64,000 nt of DNA from assembly GCA_964057225.1 (NCBI GenBank), contig OZ059895.1, positions 14,756,001-14,820,000 on the forward strand, written 5' to 3'. Source of the stretch: Auanema rhodensis (lineage: Eukaryota > Animalia > Nematoda). Under the pieces are notes generated by a model. The model was not told where the DNA came from and ran no database searches. It saw nothing but the letters and a program-made list of their open reading frames with translations. Both the position numbers and the translations under genes were made by a program. Every line of letters begins with the position of its first letter. Within the stretch, counting starts at the first letter, position 1. Below, piece after piece: positions 41,001-55,585 of the stretch.

Positions 41001-44000
41001 TTTTGAACAGTACAGAAATATATTGCATATCTTTCTAGAGATAGTTCTTCGAATATGTTCGAAGTATGATCGGAAAATCGAAGTGCACACTAACGACCTG
41101 TTTGGTTTCTTATGACCAGAAACCACGTTCAATCCAATAAAATTAGATAAATACTGGGATTCTTGAACTATACGCCATTGCAATTTAAGGGTTAGTGAGA
41201 TGCACGAGGGACAGCTCATTGAGGGCTCATACGAGAATCAGTGAAAAAGGAAAAAAAACCTATTGACCCCTCACAGGGTTTTATAATGAAGATCTCACCA
41301 AGGACAACTGACAACTGAAGTAATCGAGAACAATGAGAAATAACAGACAACATATAATGTAAAAGATAGAATAAAAAATAGAAAGAAATGATATGATATG
41401 ATATGAATGTTTCTAAACATTTAATAGAAGCAACGACAAGGCCGGACGACAGAACGAAAGATAAATAGGGATATTTCTCCATCTTTATAATATATAATAT
41501 ATAATATATGTATATATATATATATAAACTACACATATTATATCGAAACAACGTATCATAAAGGGAGAAAGTGTTTTTGTAACTGATTGTCTAGAACAAA
41601 GCCTTCAATTGGGTAAAAAAGTCTTGACGGCTGTCTTCTCAATTGGATAAACAAGCAAACAGTAAACTCCTTGGTCTCGTCGTCCTGTTCCGCTTCATCA
41701 GACTTGTACGGACAGTGTGAAACGACGTCATATCCAAAAATAATAGCGGAAAAAGAAATTGAGTGCGGTTTTTTTTAACTGGAAAATAAAAGGAGAAATA
41801 GTTTAGTCAAAATAAGGGAATGACGCGATAATAGGAAAGCCAACTTGCGCCTAAAACCGCATTGAATGCGTGTAAAATGAACAATATTCTCTATATTTAT
41901 CTAAAAATAGTGAAAGAAAAGATGAAAACTATATGGAAATGGTCCGATCAGAACTGCGGTTAGCATTAGATGGCTATCATAGTGGCGGACGCTCAATGAT
42001 CACATTCTTCACAAAGATAAACCAAAGAGAGATTTCGATCGGACAGGTTAAGATATTACAGAGAATATATGGAACATGCCGAAAAAATAGAGAATCATAC
42101 AGATAGTCAAGGAGGAAGAATGTTAATGGCGGTTGATGCCAATGAAGGTCATTGTTCGGCAGCCCGAAACATTATTAAAGAAGAAAGAAGGAATAGAAGG
42201 AGAAACGAATAGAATACTCTGTACGACTAACGAAAAGGAAGAACTGGTCTCGGGTTCCCATTAATGCACCTTTCATCCGTCAAAACGTTATCAAAGTTCG
42301 TTCAATCCCTTGTTTCTACCAGTTTAACATATCATTTTGTTATTTTGAATGAGACATATAGAACAGTCAAAAATAGATGTTGAAATGCCAGTCTTACAAG
42401 AGGCGGTAAGCCAGAAATACATCATAAGCGATGAATAAGAAGAACGCGACAATCGAAACATTTCATTTTATTCATATTCACAATCCAACATGCAATAATA
42501 ATAGATATATAAGATACGATATGAAAATTGGGGAAAATTGTTCGATAAAGTAAAGTTTGATCGTGAGAAAAATGCATCCAATATCATAAAATATAGTGAA
42601 ACGGCCTTTCGGGATCAATCGATTCTCGAAAGTGAGCATCAGATGATCTATGGAAAAGTAAAAACATGATCATTTTTAATTATCGAAAAACAGGCTGTAA
42701 GATTTGAACAAAATAAACATCATACTGTTACGAGTCATAGAGTTGTGCAATAATTCCATGAAATGGCCTTTATAATGATCATAAGTACGATAAAAAAAAC
42801 AAGGTATTTTAGTTTTGGCTGAAACACAATATTTCTAGGTAACGAATGCTCGGAAAAATAAGAAGTCATAGCAGCAGAGTGGTGAAAAGCTACGAGTTAC
42901 TTTTTTTTTAAATTTTCAAATAAAACTTTTACGTCATGCAACTTTCGTGAATGAAAAAAAAAATTCAATCAAAAGAACGGCAACTTTCGGTTTGTTAGCT
43001 CAGAGCAAATTGGGATAATTACGTTCATAATAACTAAAAAGTAACTAGTATGATGCTTTTCAAACTAGACAAATATCTAATGTGTATAATGGGCATTTTG
43101 CCACATCTTGATATAATCCTGGGTATTATCAGCTTGTTGGAGTGAAGAAGATAAAAAGGTGTTTTGAAAAAAAGATTTGGATTCAATGAAATACAAAAAG
43201 TAATGCTGCTATATCATTTGTTTACTCATATATACATAAAGTTAACTTATATTAAAATAATAGAAATAATTATAAAACAAGTTGAAGAAAAACAAGTAAT
43301 AAAAATATATAAAAATATATAAATATCGACAAAATAAAAATATATTTAAAGTTCAGAAAAATAAATGACCCAGCAACTAGTAATTCAAAAATGTACGCGT
43401 TCCCGCCAATCCGTTTTGACTTCCTCTGATCGGGTCAAACGAAGGGATTACATATAGTATTGTGTTGTATAGAGACATATAAAAGAATGACTATCAAGAA
43501 TAGAATCGAAAATATATAAAGAAAATCTGTAGAATCGGGATATTTACGGAAATAACAATAGTGTGTAAGATTATTCATATCTAGCTTTGAAAGTACTGGA
43601 TATAAATTTCATGAAAACAATATAAGTGTTTAGCTGGCAGTTTTGAAACAAGCCATCTACTAATCTACTCTAAAAGGAATCGTTATAGGAAGCAGAATCA
43701 AAATACGGTATTTTTAAATGAAAAATGGAATATTCTATCAGGAGACAAAAGAGAATATTATAAATGGTATTTGCATTAGTGCAAGTTGTCTAAATAAGAA
43801 TAGAAGGGAAATGTATATAGGAAATATTATGAAAAGAACAAAAAAAAAGAACAAAAACCATAAAAGAAGGCGTGAAGCTTTTTTACTTTTACTCTTAATT
43901 ATTTCCTCATAATCTTTTTAAGAAAATTATGAAACGAACATTGAATTTTGTGCTAGAAACCAAAAATTAAGACGTCAATATCCAATAATAACATCTGGTT

Positions 44001-46841
44001 TTATACACAAAATATGACGAATCAATTATGGAGATTGAAAGCAAAACGCGTAGACAACTCATTACTTTACAACCATTTTAAACAAATTAATTTGTTTATT
44101 CATTATATTAGCAATATTTAATTATTATGATGACAAAGATTTAAAACAGCAAACGGAAAGATATACTGTCTGAGAAGATTTCTGAAAGAAATAATGAATT
44201 AGAGAGCAAATATAACGAGCACGTGAAATATTTCAACCGTTTAACGAGTAGCAAAATATAAAAATGGTAATATTCGAAGTTGACGTGATTTGTGAGACTT
44301 TATGCTAATTAGTCAGTTAACAAATGAAAAACATGAATACGGTGACATAATATTACTGTTTATTAAGATTTTGAAATATTTCGTTTATTACTTTTAAATC
44401 TTTTTATTACATTATTATAATATTCTTAATATAATATTATTTCATATTCAAGCATCTTGTATGTTTGTTTGTATATAACTCCTATATAAACGAAAATCAA
44501 CAGCTGACTTCTTCTATGTATATTGAAAAATAATTCTGATGATGTACGATAGAACTTTTTTTCTCTGAAATACTATTCGAAATTTAGAAAAATAGTGGAA
44601 AAACATTTCTGCGTATCATAGATATATAGTTTTTTTTTCTCAGAATGGCATATCTCACCTTAATGAAAACCATATGTATTTAAGTATCTAACGGAACTTT
44701 CATTTTTTTATGTATTAGCATTAAGCTGGAGAAATACGTTGCAAAAGCTGTCGGACAAGTTGCAAAACCCCTTTAAATCTTCAAATAAAAGTACATTATA
44801 TTCTTTTCACTTTTAGATTTTCTTCCAAAGGATACGGGTTTGATTGTCTGATTTGTTCAATGGCAAAATGGGAGAAAGCAAGATTTAGGAAGACAAAAAA
44901 ACATTTAAAGATAAGAAAATTCAATAGAAAAGATAAAAATTTAAATATTACCGTAGATTTGTCAGAAATTATGTCATTTTAGCTACAATTTCTTCCAAAA
45001 ATCATTGTAACCATAGCGTACTTTGCTATTTCATACACATATCATTGTATGTAATAGCTATTCGAGATATTTGGCAATGGTACTAGAGAAGTAATAGTTT
45101 ATTCAGTTTATAAAATACAATATGTGTATACAACAACATGTTTACCTTTTGTTTTTTTTTGTCGAAAATCTGAATTTATGAATAGGTGTTGGCTAATCTG
45201 AAGTAGATTATTCTATTTTTCCCTGGAGATATCAAGCTTTTAACGAAAATCCCAATAAATGGTGTAAAACGATAATGTGGTTCCTATTTTCAATGACAAA
45301 TACGAAATCCTTTGTAGAAAAAGAAGAAAAACAGATCTGCCATGCAGTACTTTTTGCCGGATATGGTCTGTCATTAAAACAAGATGACTGATAATAAAAT
45401 TTGAGAAGAGAAGATAAGTCATTTTAGACCCGAATAGCATAAATTTGATCTTATTATGTTCAAACAAATTCCTTCAGACACCCTAATGTACTTATGCGTA
45501 TATATCTGAATGAAAAAAATAATCTGGACACAGTTTCAGGGGAAATATCGTTACTGTCTCCAGTTTTTGCATTTTTTACTTTTAAAAAATCGATCAATTT
45601 GCCTAAAGGAAATGAAAATTTGCAATTATCTCGAATACAATAAGTTCATTTTGGTCCCATAACGATCCCGAGGTAATAGCCTATTAAAATGCTGCTAATG
45701 ACGATACCTTTGAGCTCTCTAAAGTTCAAGCGGCTTTATTTCCAATCGGTGCGGTGCATCCAGCTTTCAAATTTGACTTTTGACAGTGTGAGTTTGTTTG
45801 TAAATTCTTAACTCAATACCATTCGTAGTATATCCATATCTAATGTCCATGCTATGATAGATGCATTTATTAAATTATGTATCGACCTCAGGTTGTGTAC
45901 GTCCGATTATTAAAAAAGATGATATCGGTCTTATCGTATATGGGTATTTTTGTCTTTTGGGGATTTGGTCTTTTGAATCGTTCGCTCTCTTTAAATTTCT
46001 TATTTTCTGAGCATTCAACGATGTGGAGATAAGAAAGATGAGGCTCGGGAGATTTAATCAGCTAAACCCCGTTTTCAATTGAAATGTTTGTGTGAGTGTT
46101 TATTGCATGCTGACATGTTCAGTCACTATTAGCAACGGGAATCTGGGTTTCCTTTTCAATTGCTTTCTAATCCAGGCATTTTATGTTGGTGGAAAAAGCA
46201 AAATAAAAAAGCAAAAATGAAGATTTTCATTACACATTTTCATTTAAGTCAATTTTTCTTCAGCAATTTTCAATTCAAAAAGCTCTAGTGCATGAACAGA
46301 TTGGTAATTTCATGGGATTAAATAGATGAGGTACTATAGCAGGCATCAGCTCAGCATCAGAAGGCCTCGAAGTGACATTTGTCCTCACGCCAGTTCTCGT
46401 AGGTTTCAACTTTTCCTTTCTTCTCAGCTATATAAGCTACTGGTGTCAACACTACTTATTATAAGATTGTATCAAATTATTTGTGTGGCATTTGATAATT
46501 CAATGATAATTTGATTGCCTTATATCCTTTTAGTGGGTAAAACCTTGGGTTTTCTCATTTCCTTCATAAAAGCTTTGAAAGAGAAGAAGGGCATGATCGT
46601 TAAATGTCTTCACCTGTTCTAACTTCCAAAAACCAGACCAAATTACAATCTCATCTTTCGACTTCTGATTTCTCCTTTTTTAGTTTTCTCTTTGCCTTAG
46701 TTTTTTACAACTCCTCTTTGCTTTTACTTTATTTTAAATTTGATTTTTTGATCACTGTCGTTTTGACCTCAATCTTTATCATTTTGATTGAGGGCGGAAT
46801 AGATCCCATTGTTCCTCTGGTTATACATTTAGCCTTAAGCT

Positions 46842-47238
46842 TGTTCATAAATCATCCGCGCCTTAAAAGGTTTAAAAAATTGGCGGGTGCTGTTCAGGGG
46901 CGGTCCTTTTCCTGGTCGATTAGATATGAGGCAAGATAAATACCTGGTGAGGTCCCTCCCACCCAACTCCGGTGTTTGCCTTCTCACCACACTCAGCCCA
47001 TCGACTGTGGTTCAAACTTTCTTGTAACTCATTTGTGGTTCTGATTTCTTATTGATACTAAAGTAATAAGTAGGTTTTCATTAGGTTTTCCTCTCTTCTA
47101 TGACCAAAGTTCAGATAAGCAAGCATGGTCCCTCCTATAGTAAGCCACGCTGAACGTATCTCTGGTAAGTACTAAAGAACTAAGTCTCGCTGTAACGCTT
47201 CCCTATTTGTTTTTTCCTTATCAATAAAGTATAGCACA
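46842..47238 (+). mobile_element. Probable solo LTR (BEL/Pao- or Gypsy-type), ~397 bp
   Basis: TGT...ACA termini; flanking 5-mers AAGCT / AAGTT (TSD with one mismatch); GC-richer promoter-like part, TATA-like ATAAATA at ~46936, AATAAA ~10 bp before the 3' end, internal donor TG|GTAAGT at ~47165. Confidence 0.55.
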
Positions 47239-48160
47239 AAGTTCGTAGTCCTTTAAAGCAGATAGTCGCTTGTTAATCAGACGGCTTTTTCACTTTTTGT
47301 CCGCCCCTTTAGCAATATAATCATCAGTTCTCAGTCAACCATTTAGATGTAACAGGTGGCTTTTCAACTACACTTTTCCAATCATCATCCCCAGATTCTG
47401 TGATCTGTGGATTTCTTCTTTTCATTTTTTTTCTATAATTTTCAGAGGGAGCTGCCTAACTGAGTCAAAGTACATATCATTGAGATCTAGCAACTTTTAG
47501 AATTTTGGTCTCCAAAACAATCCCTCTGATTGTGTAGTCGTAGTCGAAAAAAAAACTACGTTTTGTCAACAGTCAACTTGTAGATTTGCACTCTGAGCCT
47601 TCTGTATTCTTTGTAATCAATGGGATTGCTTGCTGATCGATTTCAAAAACAGATATGTTTTTATCGGCTGCAGCAATTCTCGCTTTTTTGATGCTACAAT
47701 GTCGATCGAAAAAAATCTTCGCTCTTGTCGACGACATTTTGCAACTTGTCTCTGCCTTTGCCTCTGCCATCTGTGCCATTGAATGTTGCTGTTTTGGGCT
47801 TCCTTAGCTTACTCGTGTGCTATATATATATAAATTCATATATATATGATGAAGCAATAAACATGTGACTTGTGTTTGTCGTTTAGCATGTTTCTCTATT
47901 TCTCGCTACTACTCAATCATTTGGCAATTTGCCGAGGTAAAAGGAGGGCGTCGAGTATTTTTAATTTTCGCCTAATTCACAAATACGTGTGGGCAGTCAA
48001 CAGTGTGCCGTTGTGCGTGTTCTTTGAGCGATGTACGCAGCGGAAATCTGCTCTCCTTTCCTATTCTCTGGTTCTCTTCCCGATTCTCTCCCTTTCTGAC
48101 TCTTTATCAGTTCTGATTTGTGATTGGTTTTGTTCATTATCAAACACCAAGAGCTTCCCA

Positions 48161-50149
<1,989 letters not shown>

Positions 50150-50817
50150 AATCTTGTTGTATCATCAAGATTTGTTGTTTGTATACTGTAGTTTCTGGTT
50201 AATTCCTAAGCCTAGCTTTTTTATCTCTCGGTAGATCGAATAGTTCAGTTCATTCTATATCCGTATGTTAAATTTTAGTTCAAAAGGGTTGTCTAGGTAG
50301 CCATTTATATTACCAAATGTATCTAAATACAATAACCCATCTATGTTATAAGTTATTGGCGTCGAAATTTGTGTTTGATCATCGAAATTTCGATTAGTAT
50401 TATCGATTGTTCCCCAAGTTATGAATATCATATCCTCCAAGATTCATTGCAACATTATCAATGTCGAATAGTTCAGAGTTGATTATTTGGCGAATGATGC
50501 TATTTGTTTTGATGTTGTTGCTCTTTATTAACATATTTGTTACCTCAATTGAAATCTTTCCTATCCATTTCATTCAGAAACCCTGGTTGTTTATTATCAC
50601 TTTGTCTTCGCCTTTATCCAACTGCTCTATTCTTAAAGCATGTTGAATAAAATCAGGGTTTTCAAGATGTTTATCCATATATAAATTTAAATCATCTTAA
50701 AAAAACAAATTTATATGATAAAAATTATGTTTAATTTTAGACGTTCGATATATTGAGGGTGTGAAGCAAAAGAAAGAAGAAACTTCCATTATATGCATTT
50801 GAATACTTCAAGCTAGA

Positions 50818-50885
50818 ACATACACAGACATACACATGCATACACATGCATACACACACTCTCATACATGCATACACACACTACA
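50818..50885. repeat. (CA)/(TACACATGCA) degenerate microsatellite
   Basis: catacacatgcatacacatgcatacacacac... Confidence 0.8.
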
Positions 50886-53012
50886 TATAACGCATAACGG
50901 AATGGGGGAAAGAGAAATACTAGATTCATTGATCTCTTTCTCTCAGTGTTGCGCTACGAAATATTATGTAACCGTGAGAGGCTGGAGGCTGGTCCGGACT
51001 GGCTGACTGGCGTTCATGGGAGCATGCGCCCTGTCCTAACAAGGGAAGTTTCATTAGCTTGCGTATGGAACGACGATGACGTCTACTGAAGTGCAGCGTA
51101 TTCTGATCGATTTCCGCACGAACCTTTTCATATCCGTTTCAAGGCCGCTCTGCTTTCTCTGCCTTGAATGTTCTTTCATATTTCAATTCTTTACGTTTCT
51201 CCGTTTATTCGAAAGTGTGGTGTATATGAAAGTTCTGGCATTCGCTTAAAGAACCATGTTGCCGACGCAGAGTTCACAAGGTATATTCAATTTTTCAACT
51301 ATAAAAACTTAAACTTGAACTTAAATATAAATTCCTTATTTTTCTTCAAACATTTTTTACAAATGTGAGCTTACTCATACGAACTGCCATTTGTTTTTTA
51401 CTTACAACATCATCATCAACACTGCCACTATCACAACCACGATTTATACTCAATATCTTGACCATAGCGTTCTTTGACTATTCATTTTTGAAGAAAAAAA
51501 GTTAAGTGGCGTCCGCATTCTCTTTATTTTCACAATATATATTTACTTTTTCATCTTTGCGTTCTTATGCAACTTTCCTCTCCATATGCTTTTTTCATCT
51601 CTTGTCGTTCTTCTGCTTCGTTCAATCAAACTATTGATTTTGAGAGTATAGGCACTAAGAAGACAGAACATATGCGAATCCGTTAGTCTAGCTATTCCAC
51701 ATTCAGTTCCTTTCAGTTCCTTTCATTTGATTTCAGTTTGCAGTGCCAGCTGTTCATGTTCAGATCATCAGCGCGCACTTTTTTAAACGCTTGCAGAATT
51801 AAGCTCCAATCTTTTCACGTTCAACTTGATGTGTGGTCTTTTTAACTTGTTCCCAAAGTTGAATTTCAACATTTTAAACAAAGCAGACACTTTTTTCATA
51901 TTGCTCATGTTATTTATTCAGATTACAGCCGGTGTATGGTGAATAATATTTGTTCAAAATATCTAGAATTCAATAATATTGCCTGTTTAAATTGTTACTG
52001 ACCATTGGACTGTCATCATGAATATACACAAGCGAATTTCTTATATTTAGTTCTATCGTTTGCATGTTAAGCTCTCCCCTCTCTCTCTCTCTCTCCTAGT
52101 CATGCAGTATGGATTTCACTCAACTCATTTAGCTTAATTCCATTTGTCACAATCCTTCGCAATGCTTAGCGTCAAGAAGCTTTATCAAAATCCTTTTTGT
52201 TGATTATTGCATTGAAATACGAATGATGATTGAACAGCCACGTGGGAAAAAGCGAATTCTCGGCTCAATTTCGAGCAATTAGACCTTTATATTGTTGAAC
52301 ACTTTATGCTATATTATACTATATTTATATTCTTTCATAATATTTAGTTATGAGGTACTAGTTGTGACTTGCGTTTTTAATTCTATCAAAACGACCGTTT
52401 TTTGTGCTCATTCATGTATTCTGTTTTGTTGAAAATGAGAGAATGGTGGAACGAATGAGAGAATAGGAATGAGTAAATCCATTATACAACTGACATGATG
52501 CTATTTCTATACGAGGAAACACTAACGTTATTACTACTATGTTTCTTGTGGAAATGCAAACCGCGTATAGCTTTAAAGAATTACTGGCGTCTTGCTTTGA
52601 ACTTGCTGCTCACTGTCTTCTGAATTCTTTAATTCTTTTATATTCTTCTTTACTGAACGGGAGTATAACGTTCAACTTTTCTCTTTCTGATGTATACAAC
52701 AGAACACTACGATTTCATTTTTGTATTTCATCAGTTCCTTATCATTGCTTATAAACCTTTCATCGTACAGAGCATATTTTAAGATTCTATTGATTAATAG
52801 TTTATTGATTATTGATTGTTTTAGTAAATTATGACATTTACCGAATATTATTGATTTGAAAAAACTAGTTGCTTCATAAATTCTAAATGTATTAGGCAGA
52901 TATGTAATAATTTGATAACTTCATTAAATAGCCCGACAAATAAAATTAATTAAATTGTAGTCAGCTTATATCCTCATACTACTAAACTTTCAGTTCAATC
53001 GGTTGGCACTAG

Positions 53013-54065
53013 ATGTACCTGTACTCTGTGGGCCTTCTTCTGCTACTACAACTTGGTACAGTCACGGCCCAATTATGGGAGACAGGAGACAACTCTACAG
53101 TAAAAGGCTGCAGGTTTGTCAATTTCACTTTTAACATTTTTATTATTTTTGTCTTGATATATCACTTTCACATGAAATATGTTCAGTAATAGCTGTTCTG
53201 TAGAAAATGATGGAGACTTGCCATGCTGGAGCAGTACATTAACTTTCTATCAGAGAACTCTGATCAGCCAACTTCGTCACTATGTATCTGTTCAAGTATG
53301 TACAATTTAAATGTACTGTCCAAAATGAGATTATTTCTCTAGATTGATATTGATCAGTGGCATAGAAGACATGGAAAGCCGTCTGGTCAGAATTTAGATA
53401 TTGTATAGTTCACTGTCCTCACGTGACTAATTTATGTAGCTTTGATTTATAGGTTGCAGCTGATATCAAAGCTTCATTTGAATCTGAATTACTATCACAA
53501 GATGTTTTAACAAAGGAAACAGTAAACAAGGTTGCTGATACACTGATTGCACGAATTAAAGATGTAAGTAAATGTCTTTTGAAATTAAAATCTTTTACCA
53601 CTTTGAACATTATGTATAAACTTGATTGAATTTTCATCTGCGCACAGCCGCTCGCAACGTTTTGTAACAGGGAAATAAACTTTCCACCACGTTCATGTCC
53701 TTCACGTTACGCGCCAAAATCAAATTTATTATAATGAATGTAATGCAAGCTTTATATAGATTTGAAGAAACTAATAGAGTTTTAAATGTATGAACATGAA
53801 CATTTCTATTTTCAGATTTCCAATCACACTCTATCAACTGTTCCTCATTTCCAATGCCCACTACCATGTGAATATCGTCATGACATGTATCGCACATTGT
53901 TCATAGCATCTGTATGTTTTTCACAACGTAAAACAATATCATAGTTTAAATTTCGTAATTCAGATAGTATTGAATGGATTATTGGCTATAACTGTAATAC
54001 CAGTGTTTGTAAATTCTATGCGTCAAGAAGAAGATACAGAAGAACTTGTATCAAAACTTTACTGA
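53013..54065 (+). CDS. Uncharacterised type I membrane protein, 192 aa, 6 exons
   Basis: Exons 53013-53113, 53187-53295, 53343-53402, 53453-53563, 53816-53911, 53964-54065 splice in frame; signal peptide MYLYSVGLLLLLQLGTVTA, five ectodomain Cys, TM LFIASIVLNGLLAITVIPVFV, acidic tail. Confidence 0.8.
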
Positions 54066-54519
54066 AATACATTCCTATCCAAGAAGTTTCCCAAATGATT
54101 TTTCTTGCCTTCTAATCAAACTCCCGCTTGCCTTCACGTTCTTAAATATTTTTGGTTTTTCAAACGGTTTTGTCCTGAAATGTACATCAAGTAGTTGTTT
54201 ATATACTTTTTCTGATTCATCTATCATATCTTTTAACAATCTATATGAGCATATCTTTCTATATTTCTTTAATTATCCCGGTTGGTTCAATAGGAAGTTT
54301 TTTTAAAAAACATTTGTCGAAACCTCTTGATTTGCATTAATCTTAAAACCTTCAAATCAAGAAAAAGGGCCTTTATTAGCTTTATCATAATCAATAAATT
54401 CTTCATGTGTGGCTAATTAGTCTTATATTATTATATTGATGCCGTTTTCTAACGGTAATTATATCGAAAACATTGACTTCTTGAGTTTATATCATAATCT
54501 ATGTGTATTCAGCACTTAA

Positions 54520-55585
54520 ATGGAGCCTGACTCTTTCTGTGGTCTCGATCCAGATAATCTACTAACAGATGATACGGTACTACCATCTTAAAGAAATCTC
54601 TTTTAATTTTGATATTTTTCATTATATAGGATGCTTGGCTCTGTCCAGATATTACTGACCATTCATATCTGAATAATAGCAATGTTGACAGACTAGTACA
54701 TTCAACACATAATTATTATCAAAGGCTTGGACCCAATGAACTTGAAGATAATATTACGGAACACGGATACGCTTGTCAACTACCTAAGGTATTTCGAGGC
54801 CTAATTAGAAGAAAAAGAATTATATCTTTGATTTTAAGAATGGTGGATTCACTAGTTTTATAGATTATGATGAAGAAGACGATCCATTTGTGGTTAGTTC
54901 AACGTATTTTCAAGCACTAACTTTAGAAAAATGATATTATAGAATGGACTTGTATTTGATACTTATCATTGCCAATGGGCAGATTGTAATTATAAAACAG
55001 AAAGTGTGGAAAAATTGGATGATCATGTTGGTATGTAATGATCTTTGAAAAAGAACCTTTAATCTTTTATTTTCAGATACTCATTTAGATATCATAAAAT
55101 TTGTATGTAGTTGGCGTGGTTGTAAAAAGAAGAATCATGTTTATGCTCGAAGATATCTATTGGCTCGACATGTTCGGAGTCATACTGGCTATAAGCCGTT
55201 TTATTGTGATCAATGTGGTCGTTATTTTGCTACCTCAGAGAGGTAAATCAATGTTCTTACAGAGAGATTCGAGAAAAATGAATAGAAATCACTCTTCCCT
55301 AATTTCAGGTGTCGCCTTCACATTCGTACCGTTCATGACTGCGAAGTGAAATATCGTTGTGAGTACTGTCATCGTTTCTTCAAGACAACATCCGACCGTT
55401 GTCATCACATTTCCCGTGTTCATCTGAGTAAGCCAATGATATTTTTGTTTTCCATAGTTTAAATTTTCTTTTCAGAAAATCGTCTAACCTGTCAACACTG
55501 TGGAAATTCGTTTGCTGGTAGATGTGTTCTCACTAAACATATGACTAGATGTAAAGTACGCAAATCTATGGAAGAAAATTTCTAA
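54520..55585 (+). CDS. C2H2 zinc-finger protein with tandem CWCH2 (GLI/ZIC/GLIS-type) fingers
   Basis: Spliced: acidic N-terminus; CQWADC...HVDTH; CSWRGC...ARHVRSHTGYKPFYCDQC...HIRTVH; CEYC...HISRVH; CQHC...KHMTRC; all introns GT-AG, ~45-65 nt. Confidence 0.87.

Noticed and set aside
41610-41780. Minus-strand acceptor followed by a 30-aa ORF
   Set aside because: No homology, donor or coding signature; could be a non-coding upstream exon but is unsupported.
46938-46960. ATACCTGG resembling the U1 snRNA 5' end
   Set aside because: No ACTTACCTGG, no U1 stem-loops or Sm site in register; better explained as LTR sequence.
50205-50214. CCTAAGCCTA (also ~6698, 55629, 58246, 63494) as a telomerase template or interstitial telomere
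   Set aside because: 9-10 nt matches are expected by chance in 64 kb; no tandem arrays or supporting structure seen.
52352-52371. let-7-like TGAGGTACTAGTTGT
   Set aside because: Seed mismatch and no complementary arm.
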